NCBI GenBank assembly: GCA_963924565.1
Contig: OZ004613.1
Coordinates: 25,110,001-25,174,000, forward strand
Length of the DNA: 64,000 nucleotides
Reading direction: 5' to 3'
DNA from: Ascidiella aspersa
Lineage: Eukaryota
Positions 48,720 to 61,922 of the stretch are shown one piece after another. Below the pieces are notes generated by a model. It was given only the letters and a program-made list of their open reading frames with translations. It searched no databases and was not told the origin of the DNA. Position numbers and translations under genes: made by a program. Numbering within the stretch: position 1 is the stretch's first letter; each line of letters starts with the position of its first letter.

Positions 48720-51700
48720 TCATACAGACTGCTGACTGTAGGCTGCCGCAAGCAAAGCAGAACCTGCAATTGAAACCAGAAAACGTTACTTGATTGGCGT
48801 AACGCCTGCTACTGTAACTGTAAGGCTCTGTGTGCAGAGACCTGTTTTTTTTTCCTTTTAGTGGGCATTGACTTATAAAAATGCGATGTTTGAGGTACAG
48901 GCATATAAAAACTATACTTCAGTAATCACTAAGAAAACAAGTTATATCAAGATATAAAGTTGGACAGCTAGAAATCTGGTTTAAGGCCGAAAACGTGTTC
49001 CCCAAAGCAAGAACGCTTGCAAACACGTCAATATGTCACAGAACGTTAAAAAATGGAATTTCTCACGAAATATTGGGACAAAACATTTTAGAAGACCAGT
49101 TGTAAAACGGGTTAATTTTTGTCTGAAAACTTTCGCAAAGGTCTTGGCTTATTTGAAATAAAAACCGTCAATTTGCTGATTGCAAAACTGTTGTTCAAAC
49201 ATGCTCATTATGAACGGGAGCGCGAACTATAAAGTAAGGTACTCCAATTTATTGCAATCAGCGCTTGTTTGACCTCCGCTCAAAGTGCAAACAATTAAAA
49301 AATGTGTTCCTTAACTACCGAAGCCAGATAAATTTTTCCAGAAAGAAAAAATTTCGGTATACATAGGTCATAAACGTAACCATGTTACTACATTTGGAAA
49401 ACTACTGCTATAAAAACTTAGAATTTAGAGATGCAAAAAAAATTATCACTCTGTACTTTGTTTGAATGAGTTATTAAAGTGCTTGGTGAGGTCAAACAGT
49501 ATTTAACACAGCCAGATATTTTCGACGCAATTTTATGTTGTAAGAGTAATTGTGTTCGATGGACAGGAAAAGTGAGGAGTATAAGGTGTTGCATAACTTG
49601 TATGTTACTTAGTACAGGCTACGTTTTGGTTTCTACTAGGTGAATTACACTTTGTCCTAGATTCTATTCAAACGTGTCAAAATCTTACCAAATTTTTATC
49701 AAGTAAGCAATATGTCCAAAACCCTTTGTAACACAAGTATACGCTGTTTAAATCTAAACTGCCTGTGTTAAAGTTTAATAAACCAAAGTTTATCTCAGTC
49801 AAACCATTTTCTTTAGGTCACAACAATAATATCCAAGTAAAGTGACTTACTAGCATAAATTCACGACATGCCATAAGTTAGCCCTCAGAGCAGCCTGATT
49901 TTGCCGCGATTTATGATTTAAAACTAGGTGGGAAGTTATTATTCTGCTTTCTATTAAGGAACAAATGTTTTTTCCCCAGGCCAGCCCGCCATCTCCTTGA
50001 ATGTATTCAAACTAAGATTTGCGTTTCATATTTGAGCACGACATCGAACGATAATTTCCAGCTTTCTAAGGTTATTTGTTTTAAACGTCTCATGATAACG
50101 TACCTTTGTGACTTGGTGTCTAAAAAATGTTTACGCGTTCCGCTAAGCTCATTGTATTACTATTGTTCTACTTTCACCCTGAACAAAAGTATAGCAAAAG
50201 ACGTCTGGCATACTTGTAAATGACGATGTTTTTAAATTATAAATAAGGCCATTTTTATTTTAACCTAAAAAAAAAATTTCTGACTTTATTTTTATCAAGT
50301 TTTGACTTTATTTTAACCTAACGAAATTGCTTATTTTTGGAGGCCACAGTTCTTCCTTGAATTGATGCCAGTTACTCATACATAATATTTTGTCGATTTC
50401 AGAGCCAAACGTAGTATTTTTTCGAAAAGTCAAGGTGTTTTATGGATTATAAAAAGTGCGTCGGTTTTTTGGGCGATAGATTTAGCTTGCTTAGGCATTT
50501 TTGTATTACAGAATGTCAATAGGCTATTCCTAAAATCAAAACTGTTAATCTTCGAAAAGACCACGTTTATGAAGATGGAGTGTTTTATAAGAACAATAAA
50601 AAAAATAACAATAAATAAAATAAAATGGACAATTTGCGATAAAAGTTACTGATCCAAGAGGGCATTGTGATATATTTTCTGCTTTTATGGGTTAATATGT
50701 TTAATTGTGTCGCGGTTCCTGATTTACGAGGCTTCCACGATGATTTTTACAAAAACTATTCTCAAGAAACAAAAAAACTTGCCATAATTTGACAAATTTT
50801 GACTTTAGTGTAAATTTTAACTTTATTTTGACCTATAAACTTCATAGAAACAGTCCCCTAGGTGCTGAAAACAACTTTATTATTTGATTCGTGGACAGAC
50901 GGGGTCCTTAAATTGTTTTAACCTTATTAACTTTTGCGGGTCCTAATGATAAACGTCTTATCAAAACTCACTGGCTAATTCGAGTGAATTCATGTCCGCA
51001 TCGTTCCTCGTAACACCGTTCGAGGAAACTTCGCTTCGTCGCTGTAAAAGAAAGAGAAACAGTTAATTTTTAAGATAGTATTTTTTATAGTGATCATATT
51101 GTTTTTGAAGTGTGTGCCCCGAGCGATTTTAGAGTCTGTCGCGAGACTGTTTTCAACTTCCGAAAATAATCTATAATCATGTGTATTACTGTAGGCATGC
51201 TTCAAGCATTCGTGCTGCACACTATTCACTGGATGATTTTGGTATATGATTGTTTGAGTTACTTGTAATTGTATGCTTTTGTACAGAGTGTGCCGCGAAT
51301 TTGTTTTATATCTTAGTGTGCCGCAAGTTAAAAACGTTTCACTGCTGAATTAAATAATGGGGAACTTTCAGCCATTTTCGCCACAATGGCAATTTAAAAG
51401 CCGAACGGGTTCTCTCAATAAGCTGTCGAAACTGTAAAGATGAAACGGTAAATATTCCTTTGAATATGGAAATGCGTTGTGCTAGGCCTTTTGACCATAC
51501 GTCGGTGAATGCTAAACCCCAGTTAGCATTTGGTCTTTAACTTTTTTCCGCACTTTCATGCTGTCGACTTACCTCATGAGCGGTGGTCAACGGGTATGCA
51601 ACAGGCCCAGGCTGAAACGTGGCAAAATCCTGCTTGATTTGGGCAGTTGTGTGGTAGCCGCTGAACGGACCTGGAGATTAAGGTGACGTTAGTAAAACAT

Positions 51701-54700
51701 AAATCACTCGCAATGTGGATGTTTAAAGATACGAAAGGTTTATGCTCAACCAGGGATGGGAAATTATGTTCGACGGGGCCGCGCATAGGAATAAGACAAT
51801 CTTTTGAAGGACCAGATCTAAATTAGGATCCACATTATAAGTATTAATCTATTTCTAAAGCGCATTGATTTCACATGGTGATAATCTATAGTAGGTAAAA
51901 GTTAGGATGATATACAGGTGTAGTTTATTCAATGAAATATTGAAAAATATAAAAATTGTACGGGCTTTAAAAAAAATAATACCACCGGACACGGTAAGAG
52001 GGCTGTAGTTTGTCCAGGCTTGTTCTAAAAGGGCAATATAACGTTCACAAAAAACGCAAATTTATTTTACTGTAAAATCTGTGACAAAGATTTAATCGTA
52101 CACGTTCAAATAGTCAATACTCATTTTGTCATATTCTTTAAACAAGGCAATATTACCTTTTTATTTTTTTTTGTATGGAAATAAGGTACACCTCACAAGC
52201 GTTTGCCATATTCCCACAAATAAAAACGATTTTTAACACTATACTCTCGCCATATTGTGTTTGTTTTTCTTGGCGGCACCGAACAGCCGTTAATGCAACT
52301 TCTTAAAAGCTCGCGTCCGCCGTTAGTGGAGGTAAACAAAAAACGTACCAGCCACTTGGTGGTGCACTTGAGCAAGGTGGTCGTGCACAGTGTGCACCTG
52401 TGTGGTGCTCTGCCCGTGCGGCTGCTTGATCGTCTTGAGCGATGTGAACACGGGCATGTTTTGCGACGACGGGGAAGAGGCGGTCGCAGCTAAGGAAGAA
52501 AATATAGTCGTGTGAGTTTTTCTTTTAAGATAAAACGTTAACACTCTATAGCACGGGAACCTTTTTTGCTGTAAGGGGGCCATAAAAGTCAAATATTCTT
52601 GATTGTATATAATACTTGAAGTTTATGTTGGCAAAAAAATAGTAAATTGAGCAGGGTCATTTTATTTTTTCTCATTTAAAGGACAGAACATAATATGCAC
52701 AAAAAAATAATTAGCTAAGTTTACACAACTTTGATTACGGAGTTCCCTTGAAATAATAGAGCCTTTTGGACATAAAGAGATTCGCGCGAAGCGCCAAAAA
52801 TGTGCTACTATGTGTAATACATAACGAAATATTAAGTTAAGAAAGCAGTCGTGGCTGCTTGCAATTTTATTCAGATCATGCTGTGAAATGATAGCTTTGA
52901 ATTATTTGCAAGCAAGATACTTTCATCAAAAGAGCCATATTGCGTCACAAAAAGTGCCATATATGGCTCGCGAGCCATAGGTTCCCGACCCCTGCTCTAT
53001 AAGGTGCCATTTACAACGCTCAAGGGTGCCGAGAGACATTTCAAATTCTTCAGGATTCGAATTTTTGCTCTACTTGGTTTGAGCTTATTGATACAATTCC
53101 TTTGTGTACGATCAAAGTGTCAATCATCAAAAAGGTTTTATCAACCTTGTTGCACAGTTAATGTGCTGTTTCAATCTCCTTTATTGTAACGTTCCAGTTA
53201 ACCATTCAGCAAAAATACAAGCAAGAGTGCCGCGAACTATTTATGATTTCTGTAGGGTGCCGCAAGCCACAAAAAGGTTGCGAAACACTGTGTTAGGTTA
53301 ATAACGAGATGACATGTCGCTGTATTTTCTATGAAAAAATGCCTTTGATATAGTTACTCGGAGCCACTGCATGGTATACTATAAACAATGCTGGATTTGC
53401 TGGTTTAATATTGTCGTTAAATCAAGATATCACGCAACAGACCAGATATATCTCTTAACCGACCTTAACCACTTTCGTTTGGCGTTATAAGCCATTTCTA
53501 AAAGTGCTGACACATTTCTAGCGGTTACCACACTTTTCCAAGATTTGTTTAAAAAACTTGAAAGTACAAAAAACAGTTTAGCGTCGACCTACCGTTGGCT
53601 ATGAGGCCTGTCAGCAACAGGCTTTGAGGGGGAAGTGGAGTTGACATTTGCACTGTCTCAATCATCGGTCCCTCGCTTGTGCCGTGTCCCGAGGTGTGAT
53701 GTTGCAGTAGAGAAGTGTTCACGATGGGTGACAGGGTGTTTACCGACGGGAGACCCCCGTAGCTCGTTGGCTGTACGAGGAAAACAAATAGGGAGTGGTA
53801 AAATTAGGGGTGTTGCAAATATATGGCTAGCGGCACCCCTACGAGATTTTTCCGTAGGTAATTCACCAGAATGTCACAATAAACGGAACTAGAACAACAC
53901 ACATCAACTATGCACAACGTAGGAAGTTATAACTGGATTTATTCCACTCTAATCTTTACAAAAAAAGCTGTAAGAGTTGAGCAAAAATCAGATTCTTAAA
54001 TATCTCTCGGCACCCTTCAGCATTAGAAATGGCACCCCAGGTCGCCGCGTAACCCGGGTTGAGAACCACTGAACTTGTATCTAACAGTTGTATTTAACAT
54101 TATTTTCGATAAGTTGTAAACTTGTTGTCGTTGTTTACGACTAGCCGTTCGTATTATGTCACAATGTCCCTCAAAATGCCGTGTGGTTTACTGCGTTAAA
54201 GCAGGTCATTTTACATTAAAAGTTGCGAGGTAAACACGCGTGTTTTTTTGCGCGACTGAGAAACCAATTCAAAAGCGAAACTAATATAGTAAACGCTTTT
54301 GGGTATCTTCTAGACTGTAAAAGAATATTTTAAAATAGCTGGCAAATTGTTGTGTTCGTGACAGTGGCTTATTTGGTTTTTGCACTTGTGTCGCAGGGTT
54401 GTCTTCATGAATAAACGCACGCAATTCCCCATTAGGCTTTCGCTCGTCAGGTTCTAAGACAGTTTTTATTTAGACTACATTTATAATTAGTTTTTAGACT
54501 AGATATAATACTTGTCCTATTTAAAAAAGTTATTTTTTATATATTTTATTTGTTTTCAGTAATTCTCCACAAGTTTTTCATTCTTTTTGTGCGGGTTTCC
54601 TCTGTCACAAAATATGGTTGCCCTAAAAACCGTTATTTGTTAATTCGAGGGGTCCGATTCAATAGTTACAAATTTCCACCTATGTATACACATTGCACAG

Positions 54701-55684
54701 TATATGAGTTATATGAATTGTCATCTTTATTAAGTTTAATCTTCATAAAATAGTATTGCATTTACCTTAGCAGATGAAGCATTTCCGAGTCTGGTAAAGA
54801 ACAAGTTTTCCTGCTCGATTTGAGCTTGCTGTGCCGGGCTCACTTGGTTTGGGACTGTTTGGAAAAACGTTGTTCAAGTTACCTTCACTTAATGCTACAA
54901 ATTATAGAAGGCCTTTGGCCGTAATTGCACGTTTTTTTTCTTGTGAGTCTTGGTTAGGAATTTTGGAACTTGTTTTAGGCATTTCGAAACAAGTAATTTT
55001 AATGCCAGACACCTTAAATCAGGGGTTCTTAAACTTTATTTACCGCGGACCCCTAAAATTTATTTTGGCCCCGCGCGGACCACGGTAGACAAAAAAATCA
55101 AAAGCGATGTCATAAATTGACGTCACAACTAAATAAACGTCTTAAATTTTTTGATTTCGGTCCAAAGATGTGAAAGTGAAATGGAGTCTAAGTATACATT
55201 CAGTGGAAAACCGTTTTATTTTTTAATCAATCTTTTTGTTTTTTTGATAAATTGATTACTTCCTAAATGTACACTAATATTTCAACTAGACCTTCATGAG
55301 GCCCCAAAACTTGTTCACGGACCCAAAAGGGTCCATGTACCCAAGTCTAATAACCCCTGCCGTAAATCCTTACAAATTTAACTACTTTTTTAAACGGCAA
55401 TAAGTGTAAATATTCGAATTGTCAGACTTAATTTTATCAGCCTTTACCAAACGATTGTAAAACCATAACACGATTAAATTTATATCGTGTCATGTTATCC
55501 ATATGCTGACCTGGGTGGATTTGCTGCAGGGTGACGGTTTGCATAGGCGTCGAAGACATGGCCAAAGGTGGTTTTCCTGACATGGACCGAAACGGCCTCG
55601 ATCTGTGGCGCTTTGTATGCGATTTGTGGCCGCTGTGGTTTTGCTGTTGATGGTGCTGCTGTTGCTGTTGTTGTTGTTGTTGCT

Positions 55685-55715
<31 letters not shown>

Positions 55716-58700
55716 ATGTTGAACAGCTTGCTCTGCTGTACACAAAACCCTATATCTTGATAACTGATAATGAAATGCGGTGGTACCGTGTAGATTGTTT
55801 CCGTGATTTTGTCTTTATTTTATACAGTTGGTGTAACGCACGACAAAAAAATTATCCCACTGCTTTAAGCGAAAAGTACATATTTGTAGATGTAACACTT
55901 TGTGTGAAATCGATGTAGCCTACTAACGACCCTAAAAACTAGTTGCGAAATCCCCGGCGGGGTCGTGACCTTTAGTTTGAGAAAAACTTAGGTTGTGAAC
56001 AAATATATCGTTTAACAATCAGATGTGGGGTTTATCGTCTTTCATTGTCCGTCAGACAACTCTTGACCAAGGGAGTATGCCAGAAATAAAACGAAACCTT
56101 TCCGAGTTTGACATTGGTTTGTGCAACTTTTCAACCGAATTACTTGTAAAAAAACACAGCATACCACACGTGCCTTTGAAACGAAATTGGTTGGTCGCCA
56201 AACGGGTTTTGATATTGTGGATATAGGCCTACGTTTAAATATGTAATCTTCCATGATCCAAGTTGACTCATCGAAAGAGCAATTTCAATGTAAGCTACTT
56301 TTCGCAAAACACTTTTGCTTTTACTTACTTTTGGCGACGAACTCCTCCTCGTTGCCGATGACCTTGACTTTAATGGGAGGTGGTCCGTGGACGTCATCGG
56401 CCGATGTCCGCAGTTGTAGGTCGTCCTAAATGCAAAATGGTTGGGGGATAATTTGGGGATTTACCCTTGCTTTCCTTTTACAAAACACTCCACTTGCTTT
56501 TCATTATGATTTTTGTTGATTTCGCCTTACTACAGATATCGGATTATATAGAATTAACTTCTAAGGTCAATTAGCATTACTTGTCCCTTTGAAAATTGCT
56601 TATGTGGATGGGGCAACTGAGGCCTTTGGTAGATAAACGTTATAGGTAACTTTAGCATAAATTCAATGAGATACGTCTCTCTTTAAAAAGTACAGTGTAT
56701 AAGGATGTCCGATAATGACAGTTTATCTGCTACCGATACCCGATCGCTTGGATTGAATATATCGCGATCCAATTGGATGCTAAATGACGTCGTCAATACG
56801 CTAAAACAGTGAAATAGGCGACATTGAACCGTTCAAGTTAACTTTGATAGGTTATTAGGCCGAAATTTGAGTAGCAAGTTTAGTTGCATCAAGTTGTTAA
56901 CCTCTTATTTATTCATAAATTTATCTTTTAAGGCTGAAATCACTGCGTTGGACTACAAACCGTGGCTGAAATTCTCATATTAAATCGGCAATTCTATACC
57001 ACAATATCGGGCATCGGCTCCGATCCCATTTTATGGGACATCCCTTGTATGGTACATATCTCAAAAGATTGATACGCTGTCAATAAAGTATGCTGTAGTG
57101 TGCTGACACAAACACCGCCTTCTGAAGGTTTAACTAATAATTATCTTCTTTGCTAACTTTTGTGTGTTCTATGATTTACCTGCATGGTATCCAAAGCGAG
57201 TTTGTGCTTGAAAGCGTCTTCTTTGCGACGATTCGCGAACCAATTGTAGACGCGCACCTGGAAAATTGTAGATGTAATATGTAACAACTCACACATAACG
57301 CCTAATTGATATCGTTTCTAATATCGTAATTATCAATTTGTGTATTGTGCGATAGGGTAAGAAACGTATCCTGTGAAAAAATAGCCTGGTGCCTTTTGCA
57401 ACCTGTTAGTCAAAACTAAAACATACAAGATAAAGGCGGTAAACAAACGGTTTAGTAAACAAGTGTTTATTTGAACTCCACAAGGATCTCAGGCTTTGTC
57501 TAAGGTTAGTTTGATAGAATATTATATTGCTTTTTCTGTATTAAAAACAGGGCTGTGGAGTGGGACTCGGGACTCGACGGAGTCGGTTTGTTTTGCCGGA
57601 GTCGGACTCGGGACTCGGGACTCGGGACTCGGGACTCGGGACTCGGGACTCGGGACTCGAGTCATACAGCGTAAAACTACCCGAGTCCCGAGTCCGACGT
57701 GCGCGTGCGCAGTATCAAATTATAAACTGTTAAGGCGGCAAAATGTAAGTTGTGTGTAATAGCAAATGGTGAAATATTTTTAAACCATGTAATGCGGGTG
57801 GATCAACTATGACCAATATGAGTGGATTGCAAAAAAACACCTTAATTTAATTGCGTAAATGGGTAAAATACAGGCTGTAGAGTCAGAGCTGGACTCGGGC
57901 CTCGACAAAATCTTCCATTTGGCCGGAGTCGGACTCGGGACTCGGGATTCGGACTCGGGTGTATTTTTTTGGCCGGAGTCGGACTCGGGTTGTTTTTAAC
58001 CGACTCCGCAGCCCTGATTAAAAATACCCCAAACCATAAAGAAAATTATACGGCTATTACTTCAAAACAAAAAACCTTACATTGTAATTTAAGTTATTCT
58101 CGATTGGTTTTTTATTGTTTCTTTTCTTGTCAAACATATTTTACATTGCTAAAGTCCTTGTTTATTGTTTGTCTTTAATATTCTTTTTTGTTTTTGATAT
58201 TCTCTATTTCTGTTTTAACCTAAATTCCTTATACCTTCAGAGTTAACTGACTCGATAACCATTTTGTGGTTCTTTGTAGATCCTTTGTTGCTACTGTGTT
58301 CGCATCGTAGCAACAAACAAGCATTGATCGTATCTTATCTTTTATGTGGGCCTTACCTCAGTGACCAGGTTGGACCCAAGTCCACTGCAGTGTGAAGGAG
58401 AAACCCCTCTTTGAAGACACTCTGCAGTGTTGCATTCGTTCACCAATGCTTCGCGTTCTTCCTTGGTCGGGTTTCGCTGTCGCTGGTAATTATCGTATAG
58501 GAGTTTCTAAAAAAAATATGAAGGTAATGTTGTTGGTCTCCAGCTGGCTAAACACACTTCGAGATTCGATTTGGTGAGTTTCTAACAAGCTTACTATAAT
58601 AAATTATTTGTTGTTTTAATTATACCCTACGAATATCATTTCTTTGTTTTGATCAACCTGTGAGCCAGTGGTTCGCAACCGGTGTACCGCGGAACTCTGG

Positions 58701-61173
58701 GGTGCTATTGTTAACGCTCAAGTGTGCGGAGAGATATTTCAAATTCTTTACGATTCCGATTTTTTGGTCTATTGGCAAGCTTCCAGTTAATGTGGTGTTT
58801 CAATCTCGTTTATGGTAACGTGACAGTAAACCACAAAATGTCTGAAATCCTGGCCTTATATAAGATTGAATAATATAAAAATTTGAATAATTTAATGGCA
58901 TTAACGCGGTATCAAGAAAACAGAAAATAGATCACAAGGCAACCCAGAAAATTCTGCCGTTCACGTTCCCTAATGGCCGTCTAGTGTCGTCTGAAAAACT
59001 CGAACCAAAAGATGTCTAGAATCCTGGACTTACATTAAGTTTAAATAAAATAATATAAAACATTGAAGTATTTAATAGCCTTAACGCAGTGTCACGAAAA
59101 ATAAAACTGGATAATTTTATATAATTATTTTAAACTTGTTGCATAAATTCAACGCCGAAATTCCGTCACTAATTTTCCCCAATAACCGTCTCGTGTCTTC
59201 TGAATAAAGCTTTCATTTCCACAAACCGAGTACAAAATAAACACGTCTGCTTTTAAAGAAAGGAAATGCCGGATAAAGTCTCGCGGCCTGTCTAGGACCT
59301 CACCTGTGACGCAGGCCCCCATTTGAATCTGTTCCTTCTTGCTCTCAGACTCACGCCAACCGCTTCCTCCACTTGTTCTGCTCCCATTCCTTTTTCGGCG
59401 ATCTTGAATTCTACAGCAAAATACACGCCTCGTTTTTACATTGTTCGATTGACCGGCAACAGTGTAAGCAGTGGTTCTCAACCCGGGTGCCGCGGTACCC
59501 TGGGTGCCATTTCTAATCCTCAAGGGTGCCGCGACATATCTGGGAATGTTTAAGAATCTGATATTTGCTCAACTCTTACAACTTTATGTGAAAGATTAGA
59601 GTGGATTAAATCCAATTATAATTACCTACGTTGTGTAGAGTTGCTACCCACTGACAAAATCTTATAGGGGTACCGCAATGTATTTATTATTTCTGAGTGG
59701 TGCCGCTAGCCATAAAAGGCTGAGAAACACTGGTGTAAAGGTATAAAGTCGGCGCTTATATCTATCTACGTTTGCGCAGCTTTGTATTTCATTTGTTTTA
59801 AACCAGGGGTTCTTAAACTGCGCTCCATGGACCCCTCAGGGGTACTTGTACTGGTTTAAGGGGATTCACGAAAACATATTTCAAATCTTAATGTATCATT
59901 TAAATAGTGATAAATTTTTCAAAAAAACAGTTCAATTAGAAATAAAACGTTTTTGCGCTTAATACATTTAGACTTCATTTCAGTTTCACATTTTTTGGAA
60001 CGGAGCAGGATGTTTTTGAATTCTATTTGCAATATGACATCAATTTATGACGTCATATCTCAAAATTAATGGTAAGAACCGCTGTTTTAGACGCAGAGAA
60101 TAACATTTTTGGGAAGACTCTCAAGTATTTTGCTTTGACACAAATGAATTTTACTTTCGAAGAATCGGTTAAAAAAATAGTTTTATTTATACACAGAGAA
60201 CCTAAAGTACGTGGATCTTAAAAGTGTAGGTCTAAAATATTCAGTTTTGTTTACATGAACGATCAAATTATCAACTACTAAGAAGCGAAAAAAACACTCG
60301 CTAAACATTATATAAAATTGAATCCTTGTAAATGGACGACTGGACGTATTTGTCTAATTCTAAATAGGGTAGTCAGGTTGCACTACATAAAGACAAATTG
60401 TTTTGATTCTCGACAATTATCGCAGTACCATGCTTCAACAGGTCAAATTTGTCAAAATAAATTGTATTTATAAAGTCCAACCTGATTACCCTTATATAAA
60501 ATAAAAGACACTGGCTACAGAAAGCAATATTCCAGGTGAAACTTACGCGCACAGACTTCATCTTGTTTCTTGGTCCACCAGGCGTACAGCAGACAGCGCT
60601 TCTGGTTTTTCATTGGTGTTCCCTTGTTCAGATGTTGCGACAAGTGACTTTGATTTAATCCTGCGAAAATTGTATTTGCTATGTTCTAATAGACTAACTT
60701 TGACATATCACACGAAGTGTGATTGGGAAACGCTAGGTTAAATTGCTTTGAAAATTCCACTCATACCAAAAAAAAACCAAAAATAATTAAAATAAACAAA
60801 AAAAAAGTGTTTTGTTGTTTAGTATAGTATATCGCACAACCAATAGCAGCTAATCTTAAAATGCACTGCATATACCTTTGGAGGTCCATTGGAAATTCTA
60901 AAGGGTTACGCACAACATCTTTTAATTTTAATCACTATAGCAAATTTATTAAACGCACCATATATTTCCTAAATGTGCAAACATTGGGATATTTACCAGG
61001 TCCATAATAATAATAATATTTTTGTGGTTATATAAGGCTTTAAGTAGCATGCATGCGTGCGCTCTCCAAATAGGCCTGATATTTTACCTGTACAGTCGAC
61101 CACTTCCCTTTGCGGGATGTTGTGCTGTGCCATGTAGGTCTTGATGTGCTTTGCCGCCTTCCATGGGTCTGCC
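48720..61173 (-). CDS. HNF1: HNF1-class homeobox transcription factor, 5'-partial (about 491 aa visible, 13 exons)
   Basis: Phase-compatible GT-AG exons, in transcript order: 61088-61173 ([28 protein letters not shown]), 60547-60660 ([26 protein letters not shown]), 59304-59410 (..[14 protein letters not shown]), 58357-58506 ([50 protein letters not shown]), 57180-57257 ([23 protein letters not shown]), 56329-56425, 55511-55735 (poly-Q), 54766-54854, 53593-53770 (GGLPSVNTL, like vertebrate GGxLPPVSTL), 52349-52489, 51573-51670, 50972-51041, 48720-48763 (TGA). POU-like and homeodomain motifs are unmistakably HNF1A/B-like; the 3' exons rest on splice phase only and are less certain. Confidence 0.92.
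53810..54071. mobile_element. Partial inverted copy of MITE 59469-59732
   Basis: Reverse-complement similarity ending in CCCGGGTTGAGAACCACTG. Confidence 0.7.
55020..55359. mobile_element. hAT-type MITE
   Basis: CAGGGGTTCTTAAAC...GTCTAATAACCCCTG with TSD CCTTAAAT/CCGTAAAT. Confidence 0.8.
55645..55722 (-). repeat. (CAA/CAG/CAT)n trinucleotide tract encoding poly-Q/H in HNF1
   Basis: Reads [26 protein letters not shown] in the frame fixed by splice phase. Confidence 0.85.
56700..57046. mobile_element. CCGATA/TATCGG-rich MITE in an HNF1 intron
   Basis: AAGGATGTCCGATAA...TTATGGGACATCCCTT inverted ends; related to 1963-2330. Confidence 0.6.
57548..58016. mobile_element. hAT-type MITE with GGGACTC heptamer array, in a homeobox intron of HNF1
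   Basis: TIR CAGGGCTGTGGAGT/ACTCCGCAGCCCTG, perfect TSD ATTAAAAA, tandem (ggactcg)n at ~57600-57660. Confidence 0.9.
59469..59732. mobile_element. hAT-type MITE
   Basis: CAGTGGTTCTCAACC...GGCTGAGAAACACTG; an inverted partial relative lies at ~53810-54071. Confidence 0.8.
59804..60084. mobile_element. hAT-type MITE related to 55020-55359
   Basis: CAGGGGTTCTTAAAC...GGTAAGAACCGCTG with TSD TTTTAAAC/TTTTAGAC; shares internal atgacatc/atgacgtca motifs with the 55-kb element. Confidence 0.75.
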
Positions 61174-61882
61174 CTGCAAATAGCAAATAAAAGGAATGTG
61201 AAACTGGCTGTCAACGGTTTTATTATAAACCAAGAAACTAAAAGTTGCAACAAAACTAGACGCAAAATAAAGATATCTCCATGACATAAAACGATCGAAA
61301 TGGAGAGCCTATAGTCAGTTTTTCGTATAGCCAACCTATTACGGTTTATTTAGGTATAGGTTGAAGATTTATATTTATAATGCTGTAGCACGCCATTTAT
61401 TCAAGGGTGGTATAAAATTCTTGCGACAAGAGTCGATATCCAATATTTCCACGGCTGATCCACAAACAGAAACTCTCATGTTTGGTATGTCTGTTTAGGT
61501 AAAGGAAAAACTGCACAGCCTTGTTACAAAAAGGTTGACGTCGCGAGTTCGCAAAACAAACCGAAATCGCGTTATCTATCGGGCGGAAGGGGTTTCGCTA
61601 TTGTGCAAGAGTTTGCTACTCGAAAAATCGATTTGGCGCATGCACCGAACATCGCCGCGCACTTCAGTTCAAGTGTTGACACCTTGCCCCGAAAAACAAT
61701 TCCAGACGGCGAGGCCCCGGCGCGATTGGGAAACTGTTACAGTTTGTTTGCTCGCCAGTCGGTGGGGCCCTGTAGATGATTTATCGCGAATCTATTACTC
61801 CAGTGTACGCTCCGTCGTCTTTCATGTTGACAGAGCAGTATAACGAAAAAATGTGTCGCGCCGTCGTTGGCAAACGTATTCG

Positions 61883-61913
<31 letters not shown>

Positions 61914-61922
61914 CACACACAC
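61883..61922. repeat. (AC)n microsatellite
   Basis: Direct reading of the sequence. Confidence 0.95.

Noticed and set aside
55495-55918. Poly-Thr (mucin-like) and poly-Val ORFs
   Set aside because: Alternative frames of the CAA repeat; splice phase selects the poly-Q frame.
57496-57759. GLGTRDS repeat ORF
   Set aside because: Translation of the heptamer array in MITE 57548-58016.
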